From an uncultured Gemmatimonadales bacterium (lineage in GTDB: Bacteria > Gemmatimonadota > Gemmatimonadetes > Gemmatimonadales > Gemmatimonadaceae), in assembly GCA_963793305.1 (NCBI GenBank), contig CAWBZV010000014.1, positions 128,001 to 192,000 on the forward strand: DNA of 64,000 nt, in the 5' to 3' direction. Of this stretch, positions 11,031 to 21,768 are shown piece by piece (position 1 is the first letter of the stretch; every line of letters starts with the position of its first letter). A program made the translations under genes and the position numbers. The notes below the pieces were generated by a model, which worked only from the letters and a program-made list of their open reading frames with translations, had not been told where the DNA came from and did no database searches.

Positions 11031-11702
11031 TTACACCCCGCCGTACCATTCGTAACCCTGGTCGGACCAGTAGCCGCCGTTGCGCTGGGGTAGGAAGACG
11101 ATCTTCGTCAGGTACTTCGTGTTCTTGTAGCCCAGCTTGACGGGCGAGAACACGCGCGCCGGGCCTCCGTGGGGCGCTCCCAGCCAGTGGCCGTCCATTC
11201 CGTAAGCGACGAGCGTCTGCGGGTGCATCGCCGAGGGCAGATCCCAGGACTCGTGGTAGCCGTCGTCGAACGACTGGAAGTCGACGTACTGGGCGGTCGG
11301 GAGGGGCTGAACGAGGGCGGCCAATGCGCTGAGCCGGACGCCCGTCCAAGAAGCCACTGCCGTCCAGCCCTCGACGCAGTAGTGGTTCACCCGCTGCGTC
11401 ACGGATGGGAGGGCCGCCAGCTGGCTCAGACTCAGCGTGAGCGGCTTGGCCACCATCCCCGAGATCTCCAGCGTCCACGGGCCGCGCTTCGCGGCGTCCC
11501 ACATCGGTACGGTGTTGGCAATGAAATACGAAGGGTACGCAGCCAAGGGGGTCACGAAGCGGCCGCGGGCCACGTCCATGGACCGGTGGCGGAATAGGCC
11601 GCGCTCGACCTTCTCGTTCGCATGCTCGGCGAAAGAGAGCGTGCGGTCGCAGGCGGCGAGCACGGTCAGTGCGGTCGTGCTCAGGAAGTCGCGCCTACGC
11701 AT
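11031..11702 (-). CDS. Sulfite-oxidase-family molybdopterin oxidoreductase (MsrP/YuiH-like), Tat lipoprotein
   Basis: MRRRDFL...LAAC signal, HYCVEGW, WTGVRL, AMHPQTLVAY, HGGPAR, KLGYKNTKY. Confidence 0.9.
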   Translation of the reverse strand: MRRRDFLSTTALTVLAACDRTLSFAEHANEKVERGLFRHRSMDVARGRFVTPLAAYPSYFIANTVPMWDAAKRGPWTLEISGMVAKPLTLSLSQLAALPSVTQRVNHYCVEGWTAVASWTGVRLSALAALVQPLPTAQYVDFQSFDDGYHESWDLPSAMHPQTLVAYGMDGHWLGAPHGGPARVFSPVKLGYKNTKYLTKIVFLPQRNGGYWSDQGYEWYGGV

Positions 11703-12420
11703 CGGCAGGGCTGTCCTCACGCGCGCAGGGCGCCAGGTGGTAGAGCGGGCGGGCGTTGCGCGCCTCTGGGGAGCAGCGCTCGTCGTAGCGCCCGGTGATC
11801 ATCGAGGGGATCGAATACGGATCAACCGCGAAGACCATGAAGACGTGCCCAACGACCAGGATCACTAACAGGCTCATGGCCACGAAGTGCCAGTACCGCG
11901 CCCACACGTAACCCCCGAACACGCTCGTCAGCCACCCCAGCTCCACCGGCTTCCAGATCGCCAACCCGGTGAGCACGAGCAGGACCCCGACCAAGGGCAA
12001 GGTGAAGTAGGCGAGCTTCTGGAGCGCGTTGTGCTTCCCCTGATGGGGATGGTGCTTGGTGATGAAGAGATAGAACCGGACCATGGCGATCGAATCCCGG
12101 AGATCGCCCTTCCGGGGCACCAAGTCCCGCCACTCGCCGTGGAGGTAGAGGAACCCCAGGTAGACCAGGCCGTCGAGGACTAAGAGCCACATCATGGCGA
12201 AGTGCCAGTGACGGGCGCCGCCGAGCCAGCCGCCGAAGGTGAGCCAGTTGGGGATCGGCTTGCCGGCGAAGGGATAGCAGCAGAAGCTCTGGCCGCGGCG
12301 GGCGAAGGCGGGGTAGGCGTTGAAGATGCGCAGGCCGGAGCCGACCATGATGGTGATGGCGACGACGGCAACCCAGTGCGTGACCCGCACGACCCAGTGG
12401 TGGCGGAGTACGGTTGTCAT
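11695..12420 (-). CDS. Cytochrome b/b6-domain membrane protein, partner of the molybdoenzyme
   Basis: RVTHW, ARHWHF, KHNALQKLAY, ARYWHF, VGHV haem-ligand pattern; four hydrophobic helices. Confidence 0.88.
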   Translation of the reverse strand: MTTVLRHHWVVRVTHWVAVVAITIMVGSGLRIFNAYPAFARRGQSFCCYPFAGKPIPNWLTFGGWLGGARHWHFAMMWLLVLDGLVYLGFLYLHGEWRDLVPRKGDLRDSIAMVRFYLFITKHHPHQGKHNALQKLAYFTLPLVGVLLVLTGLAIWKPVELGWLTSVFGGYVWARYWHFVAMSLLVILVVGHVFMVFAVDPYSIPSMITGRYDERCSPEARNARPLYHLAPCAREDSPADA

Positions 12421-12438
12421 AGGCTAAGTTCCAAGATA

Positions 12439-12732
12439 ATGCCGACTTACGCGTATCGCTGCCCGAACGGTCACGAGTTCGATCATTTCTTCCGCAAGAT
12501 GAGTGACGCGGTGCAAACGTTGCCGTGTCCCACCGATGGCCTGCCTGCAGTGCGCCAAGTGTCAGGTGGTGCCGGCCTACACTTCAAGGGTTCCGGATTT
12601 TACGCCACTGACTACAAGCGCCCCAGTAGCAATGGCGGTGAAGGCTCGGACAGCAAGCCCGCGGACAAGTCAGCCGACAAGCCAGCCTCTCCCGCGTCAT
12701 CGTCCGGAGACGGGTCCAAAAAGAGCGAATGA
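12439..12732 (+). CDS. FmdB-family zinc-ribbon protein
   Basis: MPTYAYRCPNGHEF...CP...FKGSGFYATDY followed by a low-complexity tail. Confidence 0.9.
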   Translation: MPTYAYRCPNGHEFDHFFRKMSDAVQTLPCPTDGLPAVRQVSGGAGLHFKGSGFYATDYKRPSSNGGEGSDSKPADKSADKPASPASSSGDGSKKSE

Positions 12733-14358
12733 ACGACGTTGAACTGCTGCGTGACGCGCTCGCTCACGCGGCGCGCTCACTCGGCGCGCCCAGCGACGTC
12801 GCACCCATCGTCGAGCGCCCGCGCGATCCGTCGTTCGGCGACTGGACAACGAATCTCGCCCTCACGCTCGCCAAGCCGCTGGGCAAGAAGCCACGCGACA
12901 TTGCTACGGCGCTCATCGCCGCGCTGGATCTCTCCGCGCTGCATGTGGCCGCGGCCGAGATCGCGGGGGCCGGGTTCATCAACTTTCGCATGCAACAGGC
13001 CGCGCTCGCGCGAGGCCTGGCGGCGATTATCGCCAAGGGCGACGGTTACGGGAAATCCGACGTTGGACACGGACAGCGCGTGATGGTCGAATTCGTCTCG
13101 GCGAATCCAACCGGCCCCTTACACGTCGGTCACGGGCGCCAAGCCGCCCTCGGCGACGCGATCTCCCGGCTCCTGGAGTGGACGGGATGGGACGTCTCCC
13201 GCGAGTTCTACTACAATGACGCCGGCGCCCAGATCGACAATTTGACATCGAGTGTCCAAGCTCGGGTCCGTGGCGAGTCGGTTCACGAGAAAGGGTATCA
13301 CGGGGAGTACATCAAGGAGATTGCGGCCGCGTACGTCGCCGCGCATCCCAATGATCCAGATGCCCGCGACTCCAACACGGTTCGCCAATTTGCCGTCCGC
13401 GTGCTCCGTGGAGAACAAGACAGAGATCTGCAAGCGTTCGGGGTCTACTTCGACACGTACTATCTAGAATCGTCGCTATATAGTGACGGCTCGGTCGACC
13501 GCACGCTGGATACGTTGCGACAGTCCGGATACGTGTACGAAGAAGGGGGCGCGGTCAAACTCCGCACGACCGCGTTCGGCGATGCCAATGATCGCGTGGT
13601 CGTGAAAAGCAATGGCACGTTCACGTACGTCGTCCCCGACATCGCGTATCACGTCGGCAAATGGCAACGCGGATTCGGCCGTGTGATCAACATCCATGGC
13701 TCCGACCACGTCGGCTACTTCGCGAGAGTGCGCGCTGGACTCCAGATGATGGGCGCGGGCATTCCGAAAGGCTGGCCGGATTATGTGATTCACGACCTGG
13801 TCAAAGTCGCGCGCGGTGGCGAGGAAGTCCGCATGTCGAAGCGCGCCGGCGACTACGTCACGCTGCAAGATCTCCTGGAGTGGGTCGGGCGCGATGCCGT
13901 GCGCTACTTCTTCCTCATGCGACGCTACGTGTCCGACCTGACGTTCGAACGTCGATCTCGCGCAGCGACAGTCGGACGAGAATCCCGTCTATTACGTGCA
14001 GATGGCCCACGCACGCATGTGCGGCATCTTTCGCGTCGGTGGCATCAATAAAGACGAGTTGCAGATTGAGACCGAGGCGTTGGATGCGCTCAGCGCACCG
14101 GAGGAGCTCGAGCTCATCAAAGCGCTGCTCGACTTTCCCGACATCGTGGAGAGCGCGGCCCAGGGGCTCGAACCGCAGCGGATCACGGCCTACGTGCACG
14201 AGATGGCGCAACTGGCGCACCACTGGTATCACAAGTATCACGTGCTCGGAGAGCCCGAGCCCGTACAAAGCGCGCGACTGGCACTCGCGCGCGCCACTCA
14301 ACTCGTTCTCAGGAACGCGATGACCCTGTTAGGCATTCACGCGCCGGAGCGCATGTGA
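12729..14358 (+). CDS. argS: Arginine--tRNA ligase, frameshifted at ~13948
   Basis: VEFVSANPTGPLHVGHGR, MSKRAG, DAVRYFF. Removing one A restores [24 protein letters not shown] and the tail APERM. Confidence 0.93.
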
Positions 14359-15273
14359 CGGTACTCGTCGTTGGCTCGGTGGCGCTCGATTCGGTCGAGA
14401 CGCCATTTGGGAGCGCCGAGAACGTCCTCGGCGGCTCGGCAACATTTTTCGCCTCCGCGGCATCGCTGCTCACAACGGTGCAGGTGGTCGGCGTCGTCGG
14501 GTCCGATTACCCCGTCGACAAGCTCGCGCCGCTCGTCGCGCGGGGCGTCGATTTCGCCGGCCTCGAACGGGCCGAGGGCGAGTCGTTCCGTTGGCGCGGC
14601 CGCTATCGGCACGACCTGAATACCGCCGAGACGCTGGAAACCCGGCTTGGCGTATTCTCGCACTTCCGGCCGAAGATTCCGGAGCAGTTCCGGAAGGCGC
14701 CGTTCGTCTTTCTCGGCAACATCGACCCGCGATTGCAAATCGATGTCCTGAGCCAGGTCGACGCGCCGAAGCTCGTGGCGTGCGATACGATGAATTTCTG
14801 GATCGAGAGCCGCCGCGCGGACCTCGTGACGCTGCTCGGCAAGGTGCATCTGATCACGCTGAATGACGCCGAGGCGCGGCAGCTCACGGAAAGGGCCAAC
14901 CTGGTCCACGCCGCCCGCTGGATTCTCGACCACGGTCCGCGCTACGTCATTATCAAGAAGGGCGAGCACGGGGCGTTCATGTTCACCCGCGAATCCGTCT
15001 TCTATGCACCGGCGTATCCGCTGGAGAAGATCTTTGATCCGACCGGCGCAGGGGACTCGTTTGCCGGCGGGTTCGTCGGGTATCTGGCGAAGACGGGGAA
15101 CTTGAGCGACGCCAATATGCGGCGCGCCGTCGTCTACGGCGCCGCAATGGGATCGTTTGCCGTTGAAAAGTTCTCGAACGAGCGCCTGCTGGAATTGACC
15201 CGGGCGGATGTCGATGCCAGAGTGGCGCAGTTCAAGCAACTCGTCGCATTCGATACCGAGAATGCCTGCGTGA
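14355..15273 (+). CDS. PfkB-family carbohydrate/nucleoside kinase (apparent purM fusion is probably an indel at ~15261)
   Basis: GSVALD, LGGSATF, IKKGEHG, DPTGAGDSFAGG. Removing one A gives FDTEMPA then TGA 15271-15273. Confidence 0.88.
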
Positions 15274-16286
15274 TCGACTACAAAGCCGCCGGAGTAGATC
15301 TCGAAGCCGCTGACGATGCGAAGCGGCGGCTCAAGCGGCTCGTCGAGTCGACCTTCACGGCCGGTGTACGCGGGGCGTTCGGCGGGTTCGGCGGCATGTT
15401 TCGCGTGCCGAGTGGAGAGAAACCGCGGCTGCTCGTGGCGAGCGCCGACGGCGTGGGCACGAAAGTCAAAGTCGCCATCGAGGCCGGCCGCCACGACACG
15501 ATCGGGCAGGATCTCGTCAATCACTGCGTGAACGACATCCTGGTCCAGGGCGCGACGCCGCTCTTCTTCCTCGACTATGTCGCGTTTGGCCGGTTGGACC
15601 CCAATGTGGTCGAAGCCATCGTCGCGGGAGTGGCCACTGGGTGCAGAGAGAATAAGTGTGCGCTCATCGGCGGCGAGACGGCCGAGATGCCTGGCGTGTA
15701 TACGCCTCCTGATTACGACTTGGCGGGGTTCATCGTCGGTATCGTGGACGAAGACCGAGTCTTGGGCGCCGATCGCGTGCGGGCGGGCGACGTCGTGCTC
15801 GGTTTGGCGAGCAGCGGGCTGCACACCAACGGCTATTCGCTGGCGCGACGGGTAGTGAGTGATCGGCTCCATCTTGCGGTGACTGACCGGTTCCCGGGCA
15901 GCGACTGCTCGGTCGCCGATGTGCTGCTTGCGGTGCACCGGTCATACCTGGCCGCGCTCAGTCCGGTGCTCGATCGCGTGCACGCGTTGGCGCACGTGAC
16001 CGGCGGCGGGTTGCCGGGCAACGTCGACCGCGTGCTGCCGCGTTCGCTCGATGCGCGGATAGTGAGAGGTCGCTGGCCCGTGCCGCGTGTATTCGGTGTA
16101 CTCGCCGAAGCAGGTGGGATCGGCGAGGAAGAGAGGTACCGCGTCTGGAACATGGGCGTGGGGATGGTCGTCATAGCGGACTCGTCATCGGTCGAGACCA
16201 TCGCGGACGCATCGCGCCGCGTGGGGATCGACTCGTGGCTCCTGGGCGAAATCGTGCCGGGAGAAGGACGGGTAAACATCGTGTAA
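15270..16286 (+). CDS. purM: Phosphoribosylformylglycinamidine cyclo-ligase
   Basis: YKAAGVD, GGFGG, DGVGTK, GATPLFFLDY, GGETAEMPG, SSGLHTNGYSL, HVTGGG. Confidence 0.95.
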   Translation: MIDYKAAGVDLEAADDAKRRLKRLVESTFTAGVRGAFGGFGGMFRVPSGEKPRLLVASADGVGTKVKVAIEAGRHDTIGQDLVNHCVNDILVQGATPLFFLDYVAFGRLDPNVVEAIVAGVATGCRENKCALIGGETAEMPGVYTPPDYDLAGFIVGIVDEDRVLGADRVRAGDVVLGLASSGLHTNGYSLARRVVSDRLHLAVTDRFPGSDCSVADVLLAVHRSYLAALSPVLDRVHALAHVTGGGLPGNVDRVLPRSLDARIVRGRWPVPRVFGVLAEAGGIGEEERYRVWNMGVGMVVIADSSSVETIADASRRVGIDSWLLGEIVPGEGRVNIV

Positions 16287-16303
16287 TCACGGAGACACGT
16301 ACC

Positions 16304-17311
16304 ATGCGTGGCGTTGTTCGTTCGTTCGCGGTCGTGGCGCTCGCGATTGGCGTGCCCAGCGCGGCCCTGCAGGCGCAGTCCGCCCAGTGTGCCAACACCT
16401 CGGTGCAGCTGCAGGACGGTTGCCAGAAAACCATCGACCTCTTCGACTTCCTCGCGCCGCAGCTGGCGACCGCCGTCGCCGGCGGCAATGCCATCCTCGG
16501 CCAAGGCGGATCGCTCGGCGGCCTCGGACACTTCACGATTGGCATCCAGGCCAACGTCGTGAAGGGCGACATTCCCAAATTCAATCAGTTCCAGGTCTCG
16601 ACGACCGGGTCTCAGGCGACCGACTTCAACGCGTCGAACTTCCCAGTGCCAATGCCGTCCGCGGTTCTCGGTATCGGACTCTTCGGCGGCATCCCGCTGG
16701 GGATCACGAGGATCGGCGGCGTCGATGCGATCGTGACCGGGATCTACATCCCGAAGGTCTCGAGCAACAATATCTCGCTGCAGCCGAAGAACTCGTTCCA
16801 GATCGGATACGGCGCGCGCCTCGGTATCGTGCAGGAGACGCCATTCACGCCCGCCGTCTCGGTCTCGTGGATGGAGCGCGATCTGCCGACGACCACGATC
16901 TCCGGCAACGACAACAACGGCGACACGCTGACGGTGCACAACCTGTCGATCAAGACGAGCGCATGGCGCCTCGTGGCCAGCAAGAACATCTTCATCCTCG
17001 GCCTGGCGGCCGGCGTCGGCGAGGACCACTACAGCATGTCGACGCAGGTCAACGTCGGGCTGAACCAAGGGGCCTATACGGCCTGCCAGGTGCCAGGGGC
17101 CGTGTGCTCCGGCACCGTCGCCAGCCCGAGCTTGAGCATTACCCGGGCGAACTACTTCGGCGATCTTTCGCTCAACTTCGCGATTTTCCGGACGGTCTTC
17201 GAGGTCGGCCAGGTGGCCGGGAAGGACATCCCGACGTTCAATACGTTCAGCGGCAACGTCGCCGGGTACGCCCGCCTCTATGGTTCGGTGGGGTTTTTGT
17301 TCAAGATTTAG
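16304..17311 (+). CDS. Hypothetical outer-membrane beta-barrel protein
   Basis: Signal peptide, two Cys pairs, amphipathic strands, C-terminal GSVGFLFKI. SD GGAG upstream. Confidence 0.75.
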   Translation: MRGVVRSFAVVALAIGVPSAALQAQSAQCANTSVQLQDGCQKTIDLFDFLAPQLATAVAGGNAILGQGGSLGGLGHFTIGIQANVVKGDIPKFNQFQVSTTGSQATDFNASNFPVPMPSAVLGIGLFGGIPLGITRIGGVDAIVTGIYIPKVSSNNISLQPKNSFQIGYGARLGIVQETPFTPAVSVSWMERDLPTTTISGNDNNGDTLTVHNLSIKTSAWRLVASKNIFILGLAAGVGEDHYSMSTQVNVGLNQGAYTACQVPGAVCSGTVASPSLSITRANYFGDLSLNFAIFRTVFEVGQVAGKDIPTFNTFSGNVAGYARLYGSVGFLFKI

Positions 17312-17314
17312 GGC

Positions 17315-18379
17315 ATGGATCATGAGCTAATGGCGAGGGCGCTCGCGCTCGCCGAGCTGGGATGGGGACAGACGGCGCCGAACCCGATGGTCGGCGCCGT
17401 TCTCGTCCGCGATGGAGAGATCGTCGGCGAAGGGTATCACGCGCGGTATGGCGGGGATCACGCCGAGATCGTAGCCCTGCGCATGGCCGGCGAGCGGGCG
17501 CTCGGCGCCACGATGTACGTGACCCTCGAGCCCTGTGCGCACCACGGGAAGACACCCCCATGCGCTGACGCCATTCTCACCGCGGGCGTCGCACGGGTCG
17601 TGGCCGCGACGACTGACCCGAATCCGGTCGCGGCCGGCGGCGCCGCACGGCTCCTGGCAGCGGGCGTCGAGTTCGGGGTCGGCGTTGGAGAGAAGGCAGC
17701 GCGGGAGCTCAATGCGCCCTTTTTTCACGCCGTGAAGTCGAAGCGGCCCTGGGTGACGCTCAAGCTCGGGATGTCGCTCGACGGCGCGATTGCCGATAGT
17801 AATGGACAAAGCAAGTGGATCACCAACGCCGCGTCTCGCCGGGAAACCCATCGCCTTCGCGCCGGCAGCGACGCTATCGCGGTCGGCATCGGAACGGTTC
17901 TGGCTGATGACCCGGCACTGACTGTCCGAGACGCTCCCGCGCCGCCTCGCATCTCTCCAATTCGTATAGTGTTCGACAGGTCGGCGCGGCTACCGCTCGA
18001 CAGCCAGCTCGTACGGACGGCCCGCGAGGTACCCGTCGTGGTGGTCGCGGACCGGCCGGCCCCCAAGTTGGAAGAACACGGGGTCGAGGTCATCGTGGCG
18101 CACACGACGCTCGAAGCCCTCGAAGCGTTGAAAAAACGGGGCGTGCGGGCGCTAATGGTCGAAGGAGGCGCCCGGCTCGCGGGCGAGCTACTCGCCGAGA
18201 AGCTGGTCGACCGACTCGTTATCTTTCAGTCGCCCCGCATCCTCGGCGCCGGGGCCACCGGAGCCTTTGCGTTCGCGTCGCGGGAGACCGCGGCCGATGC
18301 ACCGAAGCTTCCCGTCATTGCGCGCCGGGCTATAGATGACGACCTAATGACCGTGTATCAATGTTCACGGGACTCATAG
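17315..18379 (+). CDS. ribD: Riboflavin biosynthesis deaminase/reductase RibD
   Basis: PNPMVGAV, HAE, TLEPCAHHGKTPPC, SLDG, VEGG. Confidence 0.96.
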   Translation: MDHELMARALALAELGWGQTAPNPMVGAVLVRDGEIVGEGYHARYGGDHAEIVALRMAGERALGATMYVTLEPCAHHGKTPPCADAILTAGVARVVAATTDPNPVAAGGAARLLAAGVEFGVGVGEKAARELNAPFFHAVKSKRPWVTLKLGMSLDGAIADSNGQSKWITNAASRRETHRLRAGSDAIAVGIGTVLADDPALTVRDAPAPPRISPIRIVFDRSARLPLDSQLVRTAREVPVVVVADRPAPKLEEHGVEVIVAHTTLEALEALKKRGVRALMVEGGARLAGELLAEKLVDRLVIFQSPRILGAGATGAFAFASRETAADAPKLPVIARRAIDDDLMTVYQCSRDS

Positions 18380-18963
18380 ACGACGTAGGGACTATCGAGC
18401 GCGTGCTCGATACTCCCGCTGGACGCGAGTTGACCATCGCGTGCCGGTACGAAGACCTTGCGCCCGGCGAGAGCATCGCCATCAACGGCGCCTGTCTCAC
18501 GGTGCGCGAGTGCGCCCCGCGCCGTTTCACCGTCGCCGCGATCGTGACGACGCTGGATCGGACCACGGTTGCGAATTGGACGGCCGGCACGCGAGTCAAC
18601 CTCGAACGCTCGTTGCGCTCGAGCGACCGGCTCGGCGGCCATATCGTGCAGGGGCACGTCGATGGCGTCGGGCGTGTCCGCGGGACCGTGCGGCGCGAGG
18701 ATGCTTGGCTCATCGACATCGAAGTCCCCGAGGACATCGGAGAGCTTCTGGTGCCCCATGGGGCCATTGCCATCGAGGGTGTCAGTCTGACGGTGAACGA
18801 GATTCTCGGGCGCGATGTGCTGCAGGTCAGCATCATCGAGTACACATTGCGCCATACCACGCTCGGGTCCCTGAAAGCCGGTGACCGAGTGCAACTCGAG
18901 GCCAATGTGATCGGCAAATACGTGCGTCGGCTGGTCGCCCCCTACACCGGGAGCCTATCGTGA
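18361..18963 (+). CDS. ribE: Riboflavin synthase
   Basis: [27 protein letters not shown]. Confidence 0.96.
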   Translation: MFTGLIDDVGTIERVLDTPAGRELTIACRYEDLAPGESIAINGACLTVRECAPRRFTVAAIVTTLDRTTVANWTAGTRVNLERSLRSSDRLGGHIVQGHVDGVGRVRGTVRREDAWLIDIEVPEDIGELLVPHGAIAIEGVSLTVNEILGRDVLQVSIIEYTLRHTTLGSLKAGDRVQLEANVIGKYVRRLVAPYTGSLS

Positions 18964-20165
18964 GCTTCGCACCGATCGAGCAAGCGATCGCGGATATTCG
19001 CGCCGGCAAGTTCGTGCTGGTCGCCGATGACGAGGATCGCGAGAACGAGGGTGATCTCATCTGCGCGGCCGAGAAGATCACGCCGGAGATGGTCAATTTC
19101 TTACTGCTCAACGCCCGCGGTCTGATTTGCTTGGCGCTGACGCCGGAGCGCGTCGAGCATCTGCGTCTTTCTCCACAAACCGAAGTGAACACCGAGGCCA
19201 TGCGCACGGCGTTCACGACGACGATTGACGCCGCCGCGCGCTATGGCGTGACCACCGGCGTCAGCGCGAGTGATCGCGCCACGACCATTCGGGTCGCGGT
19301 GGATCCGCGGAGTGTGCCTGGTGATCTGGTTCGTCCCGGGCATATCAATCCGCTCCGCGCGAGGGCTGGTGGTGTGCTGCAGCGTGTGGGACATACGGAG
19401 GCCGCGGTAGACCTCGCCCGACTCGCCGGACTCTATCCCGCCGGGGTGATTTGCGAAGTCATGAACGTCGATGGGACGATGGCCAAGCGACAGAACCTGG
19501 AACAATTCGCGGCGACGCACGGCATCACGTTCGTCACCGTCGCGCAATTGGTGTCGTATCGGTTGCGCACCGAGCGGCTCGTGCATCGGGTTGCCGAGGC
19601 GCGGTTGCCGCTGGAGCACGGAGCGTGGCGGATTATTGGATATCGAAACGACGTCGACCCGCATGAGCATGTCGCCCTGATATTCGGCGATGTCGCCGGC
19701 GGGGAAGATGTGCTGGTCCGGATGCACTCGAAGTGTCTCACCGGCGACGTCTTTCACTCGCAGCGCTGCGACTGCGGTTGGCAGTTGGATCGCGCGATGG
19801 AGATGATCGCTCAGGCGGGACGCGGGGTGCTTGTGTATTTGGATCAGGAAGGCCGAGGGATAGGACTACTGAATAAGCTCAAGGCGTATGCGCTACAAGA
19901 CGAGGGCGCGGATACCGTTGAGGCCAACGAGCAGCTCGGCTTCAAGCCTGATTTGAGAGACTATGGCATTGGCGCCCAGATTCTCTTGGATCTGGGGCTC
20001 AAATCGATCCGCGTATTGACCAACAATCCGCGCAAAATGGTCGGACTCGAGGGATATGGCCTGCGTATCGTGGATGGCGTCAGGATCGAGGCGCCCGCGA
20101 CGCAGGAGAACGCTTCGTATCTCCAGACGAAGCGATCGAAGCTCGGCCACCTGCTCGCCTCGTAG
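18960..20165 (+). CDS. ribBA: Bifunctional DHBP synthase / GTP cyclohydrolase II
   Basis: [36 protein letters not shown]. Confidence 0.97.
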   Translation: MSFAPIEQAIADIRAGKFVLVADDEDRENEGDLICAAEKITPEMVNFLLLNARGLICLALTPERVEHLRLSPQTEVNTEAMRTAFTTTIDAAARYGVTTGVSASDRATTIRVAVDPRSVPGDLVRPGHINPLRARAGGVLQRVGHTEAAVDLARLAGLYPAGVICEVMNVDGTMAKRQNLEQFAATHGITFVTVAQLVSYRLRTERLVHRVAEARLPLEHGAWRIIGYRNDVDPHEHVALIFGDVAGGEDVLVRMHSKCLTGDVFHSQRCDCGWQLDRAMEMIAQAGRGVLVYLDQEGRGIGLLNKLKAYALQDEGADTVEANEQLGFKPDLRDYGIGAQILLDLGLKSIRVLTNNPRKMVGLEGYGLRIVDGVRIEAPATQENASYLQTKRSKLGHLLAS

Positions 20166-20166
20166 C

Positions 20167-20652
20167 GTGGCCGAGTTCGCGGGGGAGATAGCGGCCCAGG
20201 GGCGGCGCTTTGCCGTCGTGGCCAGCCGGTTCAACGAACAGATCACGCAGAAGCTGGCCGAAGGCGCGGTAACGGCGTTGCTCGACGCCGGCGCGGCGTA
20301 CGACGATGTCGATCTCGTGTGGGTGCCCGGGGCGTGGGAGCTGCCCGCCGCGGCGCGCGCGCTGTTGGCATCCGACCGGTATGACGCCATTGTCGCCGTC
20401 GGCGCGGTCGTTCGCGGCGACACGCCGCATTTCGATTTCGTGGCCGGCGAGGCATCGCGGGGGCTCGCCGATGCGAGCGCCGAGTTTCACACCCCGGTGG
20501 GGTTCGGGTTGCTGACGTGCGATACGATGGAGCAGGCCGAAGCGCGCGCTGGCGGGTTGCACGGCAACAAGGGCGCCGATGCGGCGCGGGCGGCCATCGA
20601 GATGGCCGACTTGTTCGCGCGTCTCGCGGTCGACGACGAGGAGACCCGCTGA
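20167..20652 (+). CDS. ribH: Lumazine synthase
   Basis: SRFN, VPGAWELP, GAVVRGDTPHFD, FGLLT, NKG. Confidence 0.96.
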   Translation: MAEFAGEIAAQGRRFAVVASRFNEQITQKLAEGAVTALLDAGAAYDDVDLVWVPGAWELPAAARALLASDRYDAIVAVGAVVRGDTPHFDFVAGEASRGLADASAEFHTPVGFGLLTCDTMEQAEARAGGLHGNKGADAARAAIEMADLFARLAVDDEETR

Positions 20653-21335
20653 CTGGCGGATGCCCCGACCGGTGTTGTCCCGACGACTGTTTGGGGCGCC
20701 ACCACGATCGTGCGCGGTGGCAATGGGGAACCCGGGTTAGGCTGCATCGTGATGTTCATCGACACTTGGAATTGCGCCATCTGGCATGGGACCGGCGGGC
20801 CCACTTCGCTGGTGCATGGACCGCCTGTGGAGCGCATCGTGATGCTGACGCTTCCTGTTACCGCGTCGTACTCGCCGCTCTGCCACAAGGTGCTATCCGC
20901 GAGCAAGAACGCGAAGCGGCGACTCGTGGCGTTCTCTAGTCCCATCCAGACGACGTGCTGCAAGCTCAAGCCATCGTACGCAACGAACACGTATGACGTA
21001 TCGACTTGGTATGGCGCCACGGGGCTGTTGAGGCTGCGCAGGACAAATCCATACCAATCGCCGGCGCCCGCCGAGGTCGTGATCTGGACCCTGGAGGGCA
21101 CGACGCCCTCGAGCGGTGCGATCTTGACGACATTGACGAAATCGCACCACGCGGGGTCGTGCGACGGGGTGCACTCGACGGCGAGCGAATCGAAGTGCGC
21201 GACCAGTTGCGCGGCGCTCAACGCCGGCGCCGGCGCGGTCGAGCTTCCACAGGCGATAATGCCGGCGCTGAGTGCGATGAGGGAGATGCAGCAGAGGCTT
21301 CTCACGACTACGTTCCCCAGGCAATGGTGAGCCAT
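20487..21335 (-). CDS. Hypothetical lipoprotein (start ATG 21335 or GTG 21305)
   Basis: Lipobox-like LSAGIIAC followed by GSSTAPAP. Fills the ribH-nusB gap; first stop lies inside ribH. Confidence 0.65.
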   Translation of the reverse strand: MAHHCLGNVVVRSLCCISLIALSAGIIACGSSTAPAPALSAAQLVAHFDSLAVECTPSHDPAWCDFVNVVKIAPLEGVVPSRVQITTSAGAGDWYGFVLRSLNSPVAPYQVDTSYVFVAYDGLSLQHVVWMGLENATSRRFAFLLADSTLWQSGEYDAVTGSVSITMRSTGGPCTSEVGPPVPCQMAQFQVSMNITMQPNPGSPLPPRTIVVAPQTVVGTTPVGASASQRVSSSSTARRANKSAISMAARAASAPLLPCNPPARASACSIVSHVSNPNPTGV

Positions 21336-21339
21336 CGGC

Positions 21340-21762
21340 GTGGCGCGGACCCGTCTTGAGACTCGCGCGCGATCGCGCGCGCTGCAAGCCCTGTACGCGT
21401 GGGATATTCGGTCGGCGCGGGATCCGCTGATGCGAATCGCCGCGCAGGTGTGGGACGATTTGGCGGTGCCGCCCGACGAGCGCCAGATCGCCGGCGAGAT
21501 CGTGCGCATCGTGTCGAGTCAGGGTGCGGACCTCGATCGCACGCTCGCCGATGTGACGACGAATTGGCGGTTGGACCGCATCGGCGCGATCGAGCGGTCC
21601 GTGTTGCGGCTCGCGGCCGCGGAGCTTGCCCGGGGCGTGACGCCCCCCCGCGTGGTGATTCAGGAAGCGATACGACTCGCCGAACGATACGGGTCCGCGA
21701 AGAGTGCGGCGTTCGTGAACGGGGTCCTCGACGCGCTCGCGCGGCGCACAGGGCGGTTATAG
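21340..21762 (+). CDS. nusB: Transcription antitermination factor NusB
   Basis: RARSRALQALY, NWRLDR, VVIQEAIRLAERYG, FVNGVLD. Confidence 0.95.
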   Translation: MARTRLETRARSRALQALYAWDIRSARDPLMRIAAQVWDDLAVPPDERQIAGEIVRIVSSQGADLDRTLADVTTNWRLDRIGAIERSVLRLAAAELARGVTPPRVVIQEAIRLAERYGSAKSAAFVNGVLDALARRTGRL

Positions 21763-21768
21763 GCGCGC

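Noticed and set aside
12729..14358. argS as a pseudogene or programmed frameshift
   Set aside because: Essential gene with both halves intact, no slippery sequence, and a lesion in the shared error context.
14355..16286. Apparent PfkB kinase-PurM fusion (643 aa)
   Set aside because: Removing one A at ~15261 gives a stop overlapping the purM GTG. Same error context.
20650..21330. ribH TGA read-through into the in-frame plus-strand ORF 20710-21330
   Set aside because: RibH is complete. The plus ORF is a shadow sharing third codon positions with the minus-strand lipoprotein gene.
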